Source: Eledone cirrhosa (lineage: Eukaryota). Taken from it: a stretch of 64,000 bases of DNA. Position 1 is the first letter of the stretch, and every line of letters starts with the position of its first letter. The notes beneath the pieces were generated by a model. It was given only the letters and a program-made list of their open reading frames with translations, had not been told where the DNA came from and ran no database searches. Shown here one piece after another: positions 13,701-30,700 of this stretch. The position numbers and the translations under genes were made by a program. Location of the stretch: NCBI GenBank assembly GCA_964016885.1, contig OZ024743.1:209932001-209996000 (forward strand). The letters run 5' to 3'.

Positions 13701-16700
13701 GAAAGCTCTTCACTCCATAAGATATTCCACAATTTACCATCCTATAGCCACAGATGAAAGCTGTTCACTCCATAAGATACACCACAGTTTACCATCCTAT
13801 AGCCAGATGAAAGCTCTTCACTCCATAAGATATACCACAGTTTACCATCCTAAAGCCACAGATGAAAGCTCTTCACTCCATAAGATATACCACAGTTTAC
13901 CATCCTATAGCCACAGATGAAAGCTCTTCACTCCATAAGATATACCACAGTTTACCATCCTATGACCACAGATGAATGCTCTTCAATCCATAAGATATAC
14001 CACAGTTTACCACCCTATGGCCACAGATGAAAGCTCTTCACTCCATAAATTATACCACAGTTTACCATCCTATAGCCACACATGAAAGCTCTTCACTCCA
14101 TAAGATATACCACATTTTACCATCCTATAGCCACACATGAAAGCTCTTCACTCCATAAGATATACCACAGTTTACCATCCTATTGCCACACATTAAAGCT
14201 CTTCACTCCATAAGATATACCACAGTTTACCATCCTATAGCCACACATGAAAGCTCTTCACTCCATAAGATATACAACAGTTTACCATCCTATAGCCAGA
14301 TGAAAGCTCTTCACTCCATAAGATATACGACAGTTTACCATCCTATAGCCACACATGAAAGCTCTTCACTCCATAAGATATACCACAGTTTACTATCTTA
14401 TAGCCACACATGAGAGCTCTTCACTCCATAAGATTAACCACAGTTTACCATCCTATGGCCACAGATGAAAGCTGTTCACTCCATAAGATATACCACAGAT
14501 TACCACCCTATAGCCACAGATGAAAGCTCTTCACTCCATGAGATATACCACAGTTTACCATCCTATAGCCACGCCACGGATGAAAGCTCTTCACTCCATA
14601 AGATATACCACAATTTACAATCCTATAGCCAGAGATGAAAGCGCTTCACTCCATAAGATATACCACAGTTTACCATCCTATAGCCACAGATGAAAGCTCT
14701 TCACTCCATAAGATATACCACAGTTTACCATCCTATAGCCACACATGAAAGCTCTTCATTCCATAATATATACCACAGTTTACCATCCTATAGTCAAGCC
14801 ACGGACGAAAGCTCTTCACTCCATAAGATATACCACAGTTTACCATCCTATAGTCACACATGAAAGCTCTTCACTCCATAAGATATAACACAGTTTACCA
14901 TCCTATAGCCACAGATGAAAGCTGTTCACTCCATAAGATATACGACAGTTTACCATCCTATAGACAGATGAAAGCTCTTCACTCCATAAGATATACCACA
15001 GATTACCACCCTATAGCCACAGATGAAAGCTCTTCACTCCATGAGATATACCACAGTTTACCATCCTATAGCCACGCCACGGATGAAAGCTCTTCACTCC
15101 ATAAGATATACCACAGTTTACAATCCTATAGCCACAGATGAAAGCTCTTCACTCCATAAGATATACCACAGTTTACCATCCTATGGCCACAGATGAAAGC
15201 TCTTCACTCCATAAGATATACCACAGTTTACCATCCTATAGCCACAGATGAAAGCTCTTCACTCCATAAGATATACCACAGTTTACGATCCTATAGCCAC
15301 ACATGAAAGCTCTTCACTCCATAAGATATACCACAGTTTACCATCCTATAGTCAAGCCACGGATGAAAGCTCTCCACTCCATAAGATATACCACAGTTTA
15401 CCATCCTATAGTCACACATGAAAGCTCTTCACTCCATAAGATATAACACAGTTTACCATCCTATAGCCAGATGAAAGCTCTTCACTCCATAAGATATACC
15501 ACAGTTTACCATCCTATAGCCACAGATGAAAGCTCTTCACTCCATAAGATATACCACAGTTTACCATCCTATAGCCACAGATGAAAGCTCTTCACTCTAT
15601 AAGATATACCACAGTTTACCATCCTATAACCACAGATGAAAGCTGTTTACTCCATAAGATATACCACAGTTTACCATCCTATAGCCAGATGAAAGCTCTT
15701 CACTCCATAAGATATTCCACAATTTACCATACTATAGCCACAGATGAAAGCTGTTCACTCCATAAGATACACCACAGTTTACCATCCTATAGCCAGATGA
15801 AAGCTCTTCACTCCATAAGATATACCACAGTTTACCATCCTAAAGCCACAGATGAAAGCTCTTCACTCCATAAGATATACCACAGTTTACCATCCTATAG
15901 CCACAGATGAAAGCTCTTCACTCCATAAGATATACCACAGTTTACCATCGTATAGCCACAGATGAAAGCTCTTCACCCCATAAGATATACCACAGTTTAC
16001 CATCCTATAGCCACAGATGAAAGCTCTTCACCCCATAAGATATACCACAGTTTACCATCCTATAGCCACACATGAAAGCTCTTCACTCCATAAGATATAC
16101 CACATTTTACCATCCTATAGCCACACATGAAAGCTCTTCACTCCATAAGATATACCACAGTTTACCATCCTATTGCCACACATTAAAGCTCTTCACTCCA
16201 TAAGATATACCACAGTTTACCATCCTATAGCCACACATGAAAGCTCTTCACTCCATAAGATATACCACAGTTTACCATCCTATAGCCAGATGAAAGCTCT
16301 TCACTCCATAAGATATACGACAGTTTACCATCCTATAGCCACACATGAAAGCTCTTCACTCCATAAGATATACCACAGTTTACTATCTTATAGCCACACA
16401 TGAGAGCTCTTCACTCCATAAGATTAACCACAGTTTACCATCCTATGGCCACACATGAAAGCTCTTCACCCCATAAGATATACCACAGTTTACCATCCTA
16501 TAGCCAGATGAAAGCTCTTCACTCCGTAAAATATACCACAGTTTACCATCCTATTGCCACACATTAAAGCTCTTCACTCCATAAGATATACCACAGTTTA
16601 CCATCCTATAGCCACACATGAAAGCTCTTCACTCCATAAGATATACAACAGTTTACCATCCTATAGCCAGATGAAAGCTCTTCACTCCATAAGATATACG

Positions 16701-19700
16701 ACAGTTTACCATCCTATAGCCACACATGAAAGCTCTTCACTCCATAAGATATACCACAGTTTACTATCTTATAGCCACACATGAGAGCTCTTCACTCCAT
16801 AAGATTAACCACAGTTTACCATCCTATGGCCACAGATGAAAGCTGTTCACTCCATAAGATATACCACAGATTACCACCCTATAGCCACAGATGAAAGCTC
16901 TTCACTCCATGAGATATACCACAGTTTACCATCCTATAGCCACGCCACGGATGAAAGCTCTTCACTCCATAAGATATACCACAATTTACAATCCTATAGC
17001 CAGAGATGAAAGCGCTTCACTCCATAAGATATACCACAGTTTACCATCCTATAGCCACAGATGAAAGCTCTTCACTCCATAAGATATACCACAGTTTACC
17101 ATCCTATAGCCACACATGAAAGCTCTTCATTCCATAATATATACCACAGTTTACCATCCTATAGTCAAGCCACGGACGAAAGCTCTTCACTCCATAAGAT
17201 ATACCACAGTTTACCATCCTATAGTCACACATGAAAGCTCTTCACTCCATAAGATATAACACAGTTTACCATCCTATAGCCACAGATGAAAGCTGTTCAC
17301 TCCATAAGATATACGACAGTTTACCATCCTATAGACAGATGAAAGCTCTTCACTCCATAAGATATACCACAGATTACCACCCTATAGCCACAGATGAAAG
17401 CTCTTCACTCCATGAGATATACCACAGTTTACCATCCTATAGCCACGCCACGGATGAAAGCTCTTCACTCCATAAGATATACCACAGTTTACAATCCTAT
17501 AGCCACAGATGAAAGCTCTTCACTCCATAAGATATACCACAGTTTACCATCCTATGGCCACAGATGAAAGCTCTTCACTCCATAAGATATACCACAGTTT
17601 ACCATCCTATAGCCACAGATGAAAGCTCTTCACTCCATAAGATATACCACAGTTTACGATCCTATAGCCACACATGAAAGCTCTTCACTCCATAAGATAT
17701 ACCACAGTTTACCATCCTATAGTCAAGCCACGGATGAAAGCTCTCCACTCCATAAGATATACCACAGTTTACCATCCTATAGTCACACATGAAAGCTCTT
17801 CACTCCATAAGATATAACACAGTTTACCATCCTATAGCCAGATGAAAGCTCTTCACTCCATAAGATATACCACAGTTTACCATCCTATAGCCACAGATGA
17901 AAGCTCTTCACTCCATAAGATATACCACAGTTTACCATCCTATAGCCACAGATGAAAGCTCTTCACTCTATAAGATATACCACAGTTTACCATCCTATAA
18001 CCACAGATGAAAGCTGTTTACTCCATAAGATATACCACAGTTTACCATCCTATAGCCAGATGAAAGCTCTTCACTCCATAAGATATTCCACAATTTACCA
18101 TCCTATAGCCACAGATGAAAGCTGTTCACTCCATAAGATACACCACAGTTTACCATCCTATAGCCAGATGAAAGCTCTTCACTCCATAAGATATACCACA
18201 GTTTACCATCCTAAAGCCACAGATGAAAGCTCTTCACTCCATAAGATATACCACAGTTTACCATCCTATAGCCACAGATGAAAGCTCTTCACTCCATAAG
18301 ATATACCACAGTTTACCATCGTATAGCCACAGATGAAAGCTCTTCACCCCATAAGATATACCACAGTTTACCATCCTATAGCCACAGATGAAAGCTCTTC
18401 ACCCCATAAGATATACCACAGTTTACCATCCTATAGCCACACATGAAAGCTCTTCACTCCATAAGATATACCACATTTTACCATCCTATAGCCACACATG
18501 AAAGCTCTTCACTCCATAAGATATACCACAGTTTACCATCCTATTGCCACACATTAAAGCTCTTCACTCCATAAGATATACCACAGTTTACCATCCTATA
18601 GCCACACATGAAAGCTCTTCACTCCATAAGATATACCACAGTTTACCATCCTATAGCCAGATGAAAGCTCTTCACTCCATAAGATATACGACAGTTTACC
18701 ATCCTATAGCCACACATGAAAGCTCTTCACTCCATAAGATATACCACAGTTTACTATCTTATAGCCACACATGAGAGCTCTTCACTCCATAAGATTAACC
18801 ACAGTTTACCATCCTATGGCCACACATGAAAGCTCTTCACCCCATAAGATATACCACAGTTTACCATCCTATAGCCAGATGAAAGCTCTTCACTCCGTAA
18901 AATATACCACAGTTTACCATCCTATAGCCACACATGAAAGCTCTTCACTCCATAAGATATACCACAGTTTACCATCCTATAGCCAGAGATGAAAGCTGTT
19001 CACTCCATAAGATATACGACAGTTTACCATCCTATAGCCACAGATGAAAGCTGTTCACTCCATAAGATATACCACAGTTTACCATCCTATAGCCAGATGA
19101 AAGCTCTTCACTCCATAAGATATACCACAGATTACCACCCTATAGCCACAGATGAAAGCTCTTCACCCCATAAGATATACCACAGTTTACCATCCTATAG
19201 CCACAGATGAAAGCTCTTCACCCCATAAGATATACCACAGTTTACCATCCTATAGCCACACATGAAAGCTCTTCACTCCATAAGATATACCACATTTTAC
19301 CATTCTATAGCCACAGATGAAAGCTCTTCACTCCATAAGATATACCACAGTTTACCAACCTATAGCCACAGATGAAAGCTCTTCACTCCATAAGATATAC
19401 CACAGTTTACCATCCTATAGCCACAGATGAAAGCTGTTTACTCCATAAGATATACCACAGTTTACCATCCTATAGCCAGATGAAAGCTCTTCACTCCATA
19501 AGATATACCACAATTTACCATCCTATAGCCACAGATGAAAGCTGTTCACTCCATAAGATATACCACAATTTACCATCCTATAGCCAGATGAAAGCTCTTC
19601 ACTCCATAAGATATACCACAGTTTACCATCCTAAAGCCACAGATGAAAGCTCTTCACTCCATAAGATATACCACAGTTTACCATCCTATAGCCACAGATG

Positions 19701-22700
19701 AAAGCTCTTCACTCCATGAGATATACCACAGTTTACCATGCTATAGCCACAGATGAAAGCTCTTCACTCCATAAGATATACCACAGTTTACCATCCTATA
19801 GCCACAGATGAAAGCTCTTCACCCCATAAGATATACCACAGTTTACCATCCTATAGCCACAGATGAAAGCTCTTCACCCCATAAGATATACCACAGTTTA
19901 CCATCCTATAGCCACACATGAAAGCTCTTCACTCCATAAGATATACCACATTTTACCATTCTATAGCCCCACATGAAAGCTCTTCACTCCATAAGATATA
20001 CCACAGTTTACCATCCTATAGCCACACATGAAAGCTATTCACCCCATAAGATATACCACAGTTTACCATCCTATTGCCACACATTAAAGCTCTTCACTCC
20101 ATAAGATATACCACAGTTTACCATCCTATAGCCAGATGAAAGCTCTTCACTCCATAAGATATACGACAGTTTACCATCCTATAGCCACACATGAAATCTC
20201 TTCACTCCATAAGATATACCACAGTTTACCATCCTATAGCCACACATGAAAGCTCTTCACTCCATAAGATATACCTCAGTTTACCATCCTATAGCCACAG
20301 ATGAAAGCTCTTCACTCCATAAGATATACCACAGTTTACTATCCTATAGCCACACATGAGAGCTCTTCACTCCATAAGATTAACCACAGTTTACCATCCT
20401 ATGGCCACACATGAAAGCTCTTCACCCCATAAGATATACCACAGTTTACCATCCTATAGCCAGATGAAAGCTCTTCACTCCGTAAAATATACCACAGTTT
20501 ACCATCCTATAGCCACACATGAAAGCTCTTCACTCCATAAGATATACCACAGTTTACCATCCTATAGCCAGAGATGAAAGCTGTTCACTCCATAAGATAT
20601 ACGACAGTTTACCATCCTATATCCACAGATGAAAGCTGTTCACTCCATAAGATATACCACAGTTTACCATCCTATAGCCAGATGAAAGCTCTTCACTCCA
20701 TAAGATATACCACAGATTACCACCCTATAGCCACAGATGAAAGCTCTTCACTCCATGAGATATACCACAGTTTACCATCCTATAGCCACGCCACGGATGA
20801 AAGCTCTTCACTCCATAAGATATACCACAATTTACAATCCTATAGCCAGAGATGAAAGCGCTTCACTCCATAAGATATACCACAGTTTACCATCCTATAG
20901 CCACAGATGAAAGCTCTTCACTCCATCAGATATACCACAGTTTACCATCCTATAGCCACACATGAAAGCTCTTCATTCCATAATATATACCACAGTTTAC
21001 CATCCTATAGTCAAGCCACGGATGAAAGCTCTTCACTCCATAAGATATACCACAGTTTACCATCCTATAGTCACACATGAAAGCTCTTCACTCCATAAGA
21101 TATAACACAGTTTACCATCCTATAGCCACAGATGAAAGCTGTTCACTCCATAAGATATACGACAGTTTACCATCCTATAGCCAGATGAAAGCTCTTCACT
21201 CCATAAGATATACCACAGATTACCACCCTATAGCCACAGATGAAAGCTCTTCACTCCATGAGATATACCACAGTTTACCATCCTATAGCCACGCCACGGA
21301 TGAAAGCTCTTCACTCCATAAGATATACCACAGTTTACAATCCTATAGCCACAGATGAAAGCTCTTCACTCCATAAGATATACCACAGTTTACCATCCTA
21401 TGGCCACAGATGAAAGCTCTTCACTCCATAAGATATACCACAGTTTACCATCCTATAGCCACAGATGAAAGCTCTTCACTCCATAAGATATACCACCGTT
21501 TACCATCCTATAGCCACACATGAAAGCTCTTCACTCCATAAGATAAACCACAGTTTACCATCCTATAGTCAAGCCACGGATGAAAGCTCTTCACTCCATA
21601 AGATATACCAAAGTTTACCATCCTATAGTCACAGATGAAAGCTGTTCACTCCATAAGATATACCACAGTTTACCATCCTATAGCCACAGATGAAAGCTCT
21701 TCACTCCATAAGATATACCACAGTTTACGATCCTATAGCCACACATGAAAGCTCTTCACTCCATAAGATATACCACAGTTTACCATCCTATAGTCAAGCC
21801 ACGGATGAAAGCTCTCCACTCCATAAGATATACCACAGTTTACCATCCTATAGTCACACATGAAAGCTCTTCACTCCATAAGATATAACACAGTTTACCA
21901 TCCTATAGCCAGATGAAAGCTCTTCACTCCATAAGATATACCACAGTTTACCATCCTATAGCCACAGATGAAAGCTCTTCACTCCATAAGATATACCACA
22001 GTTTACCATCCTATAGCCACAGATGAAAGCTCTTCACTCTATAAGATATACCACAGTTTACCATCCTATAACCACAGATGAAAGCTGTTTACTCCATAAG
22101 ATATACCACAGTTTACCATCCTATAGCCAGATGAAAGCTCTTCACTCCATAAGATATTCCACAATTTACCATCCTATAGCCACAGATGAAAGCTGTTCAC
22201 TCCATAAGATACACCACAGTTTACCATCCTATAGCCAGATGAAAGCTCTTCACTCCATAAGATATACCACAGTTTACCATCCTAAAGCCACAGATGAAAG
22301 CTCTTCACTCCATAAGATATACCACAGTTTACCATCCTATAGCCACAGATGAAAGCTCTTCACTCCATAAGATATACCACAGTTTACCATCCTATGACCA
22401 CAGATGAATGCTCTTCAATCCATAAGATATACCACAGTTTACCACCCTATGGCCACAGATGAAAGCTCTTCACTCCATAAATTATACCACAGTTTACCAT
22501 CCTATAGCCACACATGAAAGCTCTTCACTCCATAAGATATACCACATTTTACCATCCTATAGCCACACATGAAAGCTCTTCACTCCATAAGATATACCAC
22601 AGTTTACCATCCTATTGCCACACATTAAAGCTCTTCACTCCATAAGATATACCACAGTTTACCATCCTATAGCCACACATGAAAGCTCTTCACTCCATAA

Positions 22701-25700
22701 GATATACCACAGTTTACCATCCTATAGCCAGATGAAAGCTCTTCACTCCATAAGATATACGACAGTTTACCATCCTATAGCCACACATGAAAGCTCTTCA
22801 CTCCATAAGATATACCACAGTTTACTATCTTATAGCCACACATGAGAGCTCTTCACTCCATAAGATTAACCACAGTTTACCATCCTATGGCCACAGATGA
22901 AAGCTGTTCACTCCATAAGATATACCACAGATTACCACCCTATAGCCACAGATGAAAGCTCTTCACTCCATGAGATATACCACAGTTTACCATCCTATAG
23001 CCACGCCACGGATGAAAGCTCTTCACTCCATAAGATATACCACAATTTACAATCCTATAGCCAGAGATGAAAGCGCTTCACTCCATAAGATATACCACAG
23101 TTTACCATCCTATAGCCACAGATGAAAGCTCTTCACTCCATAAGATATACCACAGTTTACCATCCTATAGCCACACATGAAAGCTCTTCATTCCATAATA
23201 TATACCACAGTTTACCATCCTATAGTCAAGCCACGGACGAAAGCTCTTCACTCCATAAGATATACCACAGTTTACCATCCTATAGTCACACATGAAAGCT
23301 CTTCACTCCATAAGATATAACACAGTTTACCATCCTATAGCCACAGATGAAAGCTGTTCACTCCATAAGATATACGACAGTTTACCATCCTATAGACAGA
23401 TGAAAGCTCTTCACTCCATAAGATATACCACAGATTACCACCCTATAGCCACAGATGAAAGCTCTTCACTCCATGAGATATACCACAGTTTACCATCCTA
23501 TAGCCACGCCACGGATGAAAGCTCTTCACTCCATAAGATATACCACAGTTTACAATCCTATAGCCACAGATGAAAGCTCTTCACTCCATAAGATATACCA
23601 CAGTTTACCATCCTATGGCCACAGATGAAAGCTCTTCACTCCATAAGATATACCACAGTTTACCATCCTATAGCCACAGATGAAAGCTCTTCACTCCATA
23701 AGATATACCACAGTTTACGATCCTATAGCCACACATGAAAGCTCTTCACTCCATAAGATATACCACAGTTTACCATCCTATAGTCAAGCCACGGATGAAA
23801 GCTCTCCACTCCATAAGATATACCACAGTTTACCATCCTATAGTCACACATGAAAGCTCTTCACTCCATAAGATATAACACAGTTTACCATCCTATAGCC
23901 AGATGAAAGCTCTTCACTCCATAAGATATACCACAGTTTACCATCCTATAGCCACAGATGAAAGCTCTTCACTCCATAAGATATACCACAGTTTACCATC
24001 CTATAGCCACAGATGAAAGCTCTTCACTCTATAAGATATACCACAGTTTACCATCCTATAACCACAGATGAAAGCTGTTTACTCCATAAGATATACCACA
24101 GTTTACCATCCTATAGCCAGATGAAAGCTCTTCACTCCATAAGATATTCCACAATTTACCATCCTATAGCCACAGATGAAAGCTGTTCACTCCATAAGAT
24201 ACACCACAGTTTACCATCCTATAGCCAGATGAAAGCTCTTCACTCCATAAGATATACCACAGTTTACCATCCTAAAGCCACAGATGAAAGCTCTTCACTC
24301 CATAAGATATACCACAGTTTACCATCCTATAGCCACAGATGAAAGCTCTTCACTCCATAAGATATACCACAGTTTACCATCGTATAGCCACAGATGAAAG
24401 CTCTTCACCCCATAAGATATACCACAGTTTACCATCCTATAGCCACAGATGAAAGCTCTTCACCCCATAAGATATACCACAGTTTACCATCCTATAGCCA
24501 CACATGAAAGCTCTTCACTCCATAAGATATACCACATTTTACCATCCTATAGCCACACATGAAAGCTCTTCACTCCATAAGATATACCACAGTTTACCAT
24601 CCTATTGCCACACATTAAAGCTCTTCACTCCATAAGATATACCACAGTTTACCATCCTATAGCCACACATGAAAGCTCTTCACTCCATAAGATATAGCAC
24701 AGTTTACCATCCTATAGCCAGATGAAAGCTCTTCACTCCATAAGATATACGACAGTTTACCATCCTATAGCCACACATGAAAGCTCTTCACTCCATAAGA
24801 TATACCACAGTTTACTATCTTATAGCCACACATGAGAGCTCTTCACTCCATAAGATTAACCACAGTTTACCATCCTATGGCCACACATGAAAGCTCTTCA
24901 CCCCATAAGATATACCACAGTTTACCATCCTATAGCCAGATGAAAGCTCTTCACTCCGTAAAATATACCACAGTTTACCATCCTATAGCCACACATGAAA
25001 GCTCTTCACTCCATAAGATATACCACAGTTTACCATCCTATAGCCAGAGATGAAAGCTGTTCACTCCATAAGATATACGACAGTTTACCATCCTATAGCC
25101 ACAGATGAAAGCTGTTCACTCCATAAGATATACCACAGTTTACCATCCTATAGCCAGATGAAAGCTCTTCACTCCATAAGATATACCACAGATTACCACC
25201 CTATAGCCACAGATGAAAGCTCTTCACCCCATAAGATATACGACAGTTTACCATCCTATAGCCACAGATGAAAGCTCTTCACCCCATAAGATATACCACA
25301 GTTTACCATCCTATAGCCACACATGAAAGCTCTTCACTCCATAAGATATACCACATTTTACCATTCTATAGCCACAGATGAAAGCTCTTCACTCCATAAG
25401 ATATACCACAGTTTACCAACCTATAGCCACAGATGAAAGCTCTTCACTCCATAAGATATACCACAGTTTACCATCCTATAGCCACAGATGAAAGCTGTTT
25501 ACTCCATAAGATATACCACAGTTTACCATCCTATAGCCAGATGAAAGCTCTTCACTCCATAAGATATACCACAATTTACCATCCTATAGCCACAGATGAA
25601 AGCTGTTCACTCCATAAGATATACCACAATTTACCATCCTATAGCCAGATGAAAGCTCTTCACTCCATAAGATATACCACAGTTTACCATCCTAAAGCCA

Positions 25701-27738
25701 CAGATGAAAGCTCTTCACTCCATAAGATATACCACAGTTTACCATCCTATAGCCACAGATGAAAGCTCTTCACTCCATGAGATATACCACAGTTTACCAT
25801 GCTATAGCCACAGATGAAAGCTCTTCACTCCATAAGATATACCACAGTTTACCATCCTATAGCCACAGATGAAAGCTCTTCACCCCATAAGATATACCAC
25901 AGTTTACCATCCTATAGCCACAGATGAAAGCTCTTCACCCCATAAGATATACCACAGTTTACCATCCTATAGCCACACATGAAAGCTCTTCACTCCATAA
26001 GATATACCACATTTTACCATTCTATAGCCCCACATGAAAGCTCTTCACTCCATAAGATATACCACAGTTTACCATCCTATAGCCACACATGAAAGCTATT
26101 CACCCCATAAGATATACCACAGTTTACCATCCTATTGCCACACATTAAAGCTCTTCACTCCATAAGATATACCACAGTTTACCATCCTATAGCCAGATGA
26201 AAGCTCTTCACTCCATAAGATATACGACAGTTTACCATCCTATAGCCACACATGAAATCTCTTCACTCCATAAGATATACCACAGTTTACCATCCTATAG
26301 CCACACATGAAAGCTCTTCACTCCATAAGATATACCTCAGTTTACCATCCTATAGCCACAGATGAAAGCTCTTCACTCCATAAGATATACCACAGTTTAC
26401 TATCCTATAGCCACACATGAGAGCTCTTCACTCCATAAGATTAACCACAGTTTACCATCCTATGGCCACACATGAAAGCTCTTCACCCCATAAGATATAC
26501 CACAGTTTACCATCCTATAGCCAGATGAAAGCTCTTCACTCCGTAAAATATACCACAGTTTACCATCCTATAGCCACACATGAAAGCTCTTCACTCCATA
26601 AGATATACCACAGTTTACCATCCTATAGCCAGAGATGAAAGCTGTTCACTCCATAAGATATACGACAGTTTACCATCCTATAGCCACAGATGAAAGCTGT
26701 TCACTCCATAAGATATACCACAGTTTACCATCCTATAGCCAGATGAAAGCTCTTCACTCCATAAGATATACCACAGATTACCACCCTATAGCCACAGATG
26801 AAAGCTCTTCACTCCATGAGATATACCACAGTTTACCATCCTATAGCCACGCCACGGATGAAAGCTCTTCACTCCATAAGATATACCACAATTTACAATC
26901 CTATAGCCAGAGATGAAAGCGCTTCACTCCATAAGATATACCACAGTTTACCATCCTATAGCCACAGATGAAAGCTCTTCACTCCATAAGATATACCACA
27001 GTTTACCATCCTATAGCCACACATGAAAGCTCTTCATTCCATAATATATACCACAGTTTACCATCCTATAGTCAAGCCACGGATGAAAGCTCTTCACTCC
27101 ATAAGATATACCACAGTTTACCATCCTATAGTCACACATGAAAGCTCTTCACTCCATAAGATATAACACAGTTTACCATCCTATAGCCACAGATGAAAGC
27201 TGTTCACTCCATAAGATATACGACAGTTTACCATCCTATAGCCAGATGAAAGCTCTTCACTCCATAAGATATACCACAGATTACCACCCTATAGCCACAG
27301 ATGAAAGCTCTTCACTCCATGAGATATACCACAGTTTACCATCCTATAGCCACGCCACGGATGAAAGCTCTTCACTCCATAAGATATACCACAGTTTACA
27401 ATCCTATAGCCACAGATGAAAGCTCTTCACTCCATAAGATATACCACAGTTTACCATCCTATGGCCACAGATGAAAGCTCTTCACTCCATAAGATATACC
27501 ACAGTTTACCATCCTATAGCCACAGATGAAAGCTCTTCACTCCATAAGATATACCACCGTTTACCATCCTATAGCCACACATGAAAGCTCTTCACTCCAT
27601 AAGATAAACCACAGTTTACCATCCTATAGTCAAGCCACGGATGAAAGCTCTTCACTCCATAAGATATACCAAAGTTTACCATCCTATAGTCACAGATGAA
27701 AGCTGTTCACTCCATAAGATATACCACAGTTTACCATC
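13355..27738 (+). repeat. About 6-kb duplication (period 6061 bp) whose first copy contains the extra 2371-bp duplication
   Basis: Offset 6061 for ORFs 16554/22615, 17231/23292, 17952/24013, 18771/24832, 19372/25433, 20356/26417, 21077/27138. Upstream the offset is 8432 (6061+2371), for example private TATGACCACAGATGAATGCTCTTCAATCC at 13961 and 22393. Confidence 0.88.
14160..18901 (+). repeat. Tandem duplication of a 2371-bp block (14160-16530 and 16531-18901)
   Basis: ORF starts at offset 2371 (14183/16554, 14860/17231, 15581/17952, 16173/18544). One visible SNP: CCATACT at about 15731 versus CCATCCT at about 18102. Confidence 0.9.
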
Positions 27739-30700
27739 ATATAGCCACACATGAAAGCTCTTCACTCCATAAGATATACCACAGTTTACCATCCTATAGC
27801 CACACATGAAAGCTCTTCACTCCATAAGATATACCACAGTTTACCATCCTATAGCCAGATGAAAGCTCTTCACTCCATAAGATATACCCCAGTTAACCAT
27901 CCTATAGCCACAGATGAAAGCTCTTCACTCCAAAAGATATACCACAGTTTACCATCCTATAGCCACAGATGAAAGCTGTTCACTCCATAAGATATACTAC
28001 AGTTTACCATCCTATAGCCACAGATGAAAGCTGTTCACTCCATAATATATACGACAGTTTACCATCCTATAGCCACAGATGAAAGCTGTTCACTCCATAA
28101 GATATACAACAGTTTACCATCCTATAGCCAGATGAAAGCTCTTCACTCCATAAGATATACCACAGTTTACCATCCTATAGCCACAGATGAAAGCTGTCCA
28201 CTCCATAAGATATACCACAGTTTACCATCCCATAGCCAGATGAAAGCTCTTCACTCCATAAGATATACCACAGTTTACCATCCTAAAGCCACAGATGAAA
28301 GCTCTTCACTCCATAAGATATACCACAGTTTACCATCCTATAGCCACAGATGAAAACTGTTTACTCCATAAGATATACCACAGTTTACCATACTATAGCC
28401 AGATGAAAGCTCTTCACTCCATAAGATATACCACAGTTTACCATCCTAAAGCCACAGATGAAAGCTCTTCACTCCATAAGATATACCACAGTTTACCATC
28501 CTATAGCCACAGATGAAAGCTCTTCACTCCATAAGATATACCACAGTTTACCATCCTATAGCCACAGATGAAAGCTCTTCACTCCATAAGATATACCACA
28601 GTTTACCATCCTATAGCCACAGATGAAAGCTGTTCACTCCATAAGATATACCACAGTTTACCATCCTATAGCCACAAATGAAAGCTCTTCACCCCATAAG
28701 ATATACCACAGTTTACCATCCTATAGCCACACATGAAAGCTCTTCACTCCATAAGATATACCACAGTTTACCATCCTATAGCCAGATGAAAGCTCTTCAC
28801 TCCATAAGATATACCACAATTTACCATCCTATAGCCACAGATGAAAGCTGTTCACTCCATAAGATATACCACAATTTACCATCCTATAGCCAGATGAAAG
28901 CTCTTCACTCCATAAGATATACCACAGTTTACCATCCTAAAGCCACAGATGAAAGCTCTTCACTCCATAAGATATACCACAGTTTACCATCCTATAGCCA
29001 CAGATGAAAGCTCTTCACTCCATGAGATATACCACAGTTTACCATGCTATAGCCACAGATGAAAGCTCTTCACTCCATAAGATATACCACAGTTTACCAT
29101 CCTATAGCCACAGATGAAAGCTCTTCACCCCATAAGATATACCACAGTTTACCATCCTATAGCCACAGATGAAAGCTCTTCACCCCATAAGATATACCAC
29201 AGTTTACCATCCTATAGCCACACATGAAAGCTCTTCACTCCATAAGATATACCACATTTTACCATTCTATAGCCACACATGAAAGCTCTTCACTCCATAA
29301 GATATACCACAGTTTACCATCCTATAGCCACACATGAAAGCTCTTCACCCCATAAGATATACCACAGTTTACCATCCTATTGCCACACATTAAAGCTCTT
29401 CACTCCATAAGATATACCACAGTTTACCATCCTATAGCCAGATGAAAGCTCTTCACTCCATAAGATATACGACAGTTTACCATCCTATAGCCACACATGA
29501 AATCTCTTCACTCCATAAGATATACCACAGTTTACCATCCTATAGCCACACATGAAAGCTCTTCACTCCATAAGATATACCTCAGTTTACCATCCTATAG
29601 CCACAGATGAAAGCTCTTCACTCCATAAGATATACCACAGTTTACTATCCTATAGCCACACATGAGAGCTCTTCACTCCATAAGATTAACCACAGTTTAC
29701 CATCCTATGGCCACACATGAAAGCTCTTCACCCCATAAGATATACCACAGTTTACCATCCTATAGCCAGATGAAAGCTCTTCACTCCGTAAAATATACCA
29801 CAGTTTACCATCCTATAGCCACACATGAAAGCTCTTCACTCCATAAGATATACCACAGTTTACCATCCTATAGCCAGAGATGAAAGCTGTTCACTCCATA
29901 AGATATACGACAGTTTACCATCCTATAGCCACAGATGAAAGCTGTTCACTCCATAAGATATACCACAGTTTACCATCCTATAGCCAGATGAAAGCTCTTC
30001 ACTCCATAAGATATACCACAGATTACCACCCTATAGCCACAGATGAAAGCTCTTCACTCCATGAGATATACCACAGTTTACCATCCTATAGCCACGCCAC
30101 GGATGAAAGCTCTTCACTCCATAAGATATACCACAATTTACAATCCTATAGCCAGAGATGAAAGCGCTTCACTCCATAAGATATACCACAGTTTACCATC
30201 CTATAGCCACAGATGAAAGCTCTTCACTCCATAAGATATACCACAGTTTACCATCCTATAGCCACACATGAAAGCTCTTCATTCCATAATATATACCACA
30301 GTTTACCATCCTATAGTCAAGCCACGGATGAAAGCTCTTCACTCCATAAGATATACCACAGTTTACCATCCTATAGTCACACATGAAAGCTCTTCACTCC
30401 ATAAGATATAACACAGTTTACCATCCTATAGCCACAGATGAAAGCTGTTCACTCCATAAGATATACGACAGTTTACCATCCTATAGCCAGATGAAAGCTC
30501 TTCACTCCATAAGATATACCACAGATTACCACCCTATAGCCACAGATGAAAGCTCTTCACTCCATGAGATATACCACAGTTTACCATCCTATAGCCACGC
30601 CACGGATGAAAGCTCTTCACTCCATAAGATATACCACAGTTTACAATCCTATAGCCACAGATGAAAGCTCTTCACTCCATAAGATATACCACAGTTTACC

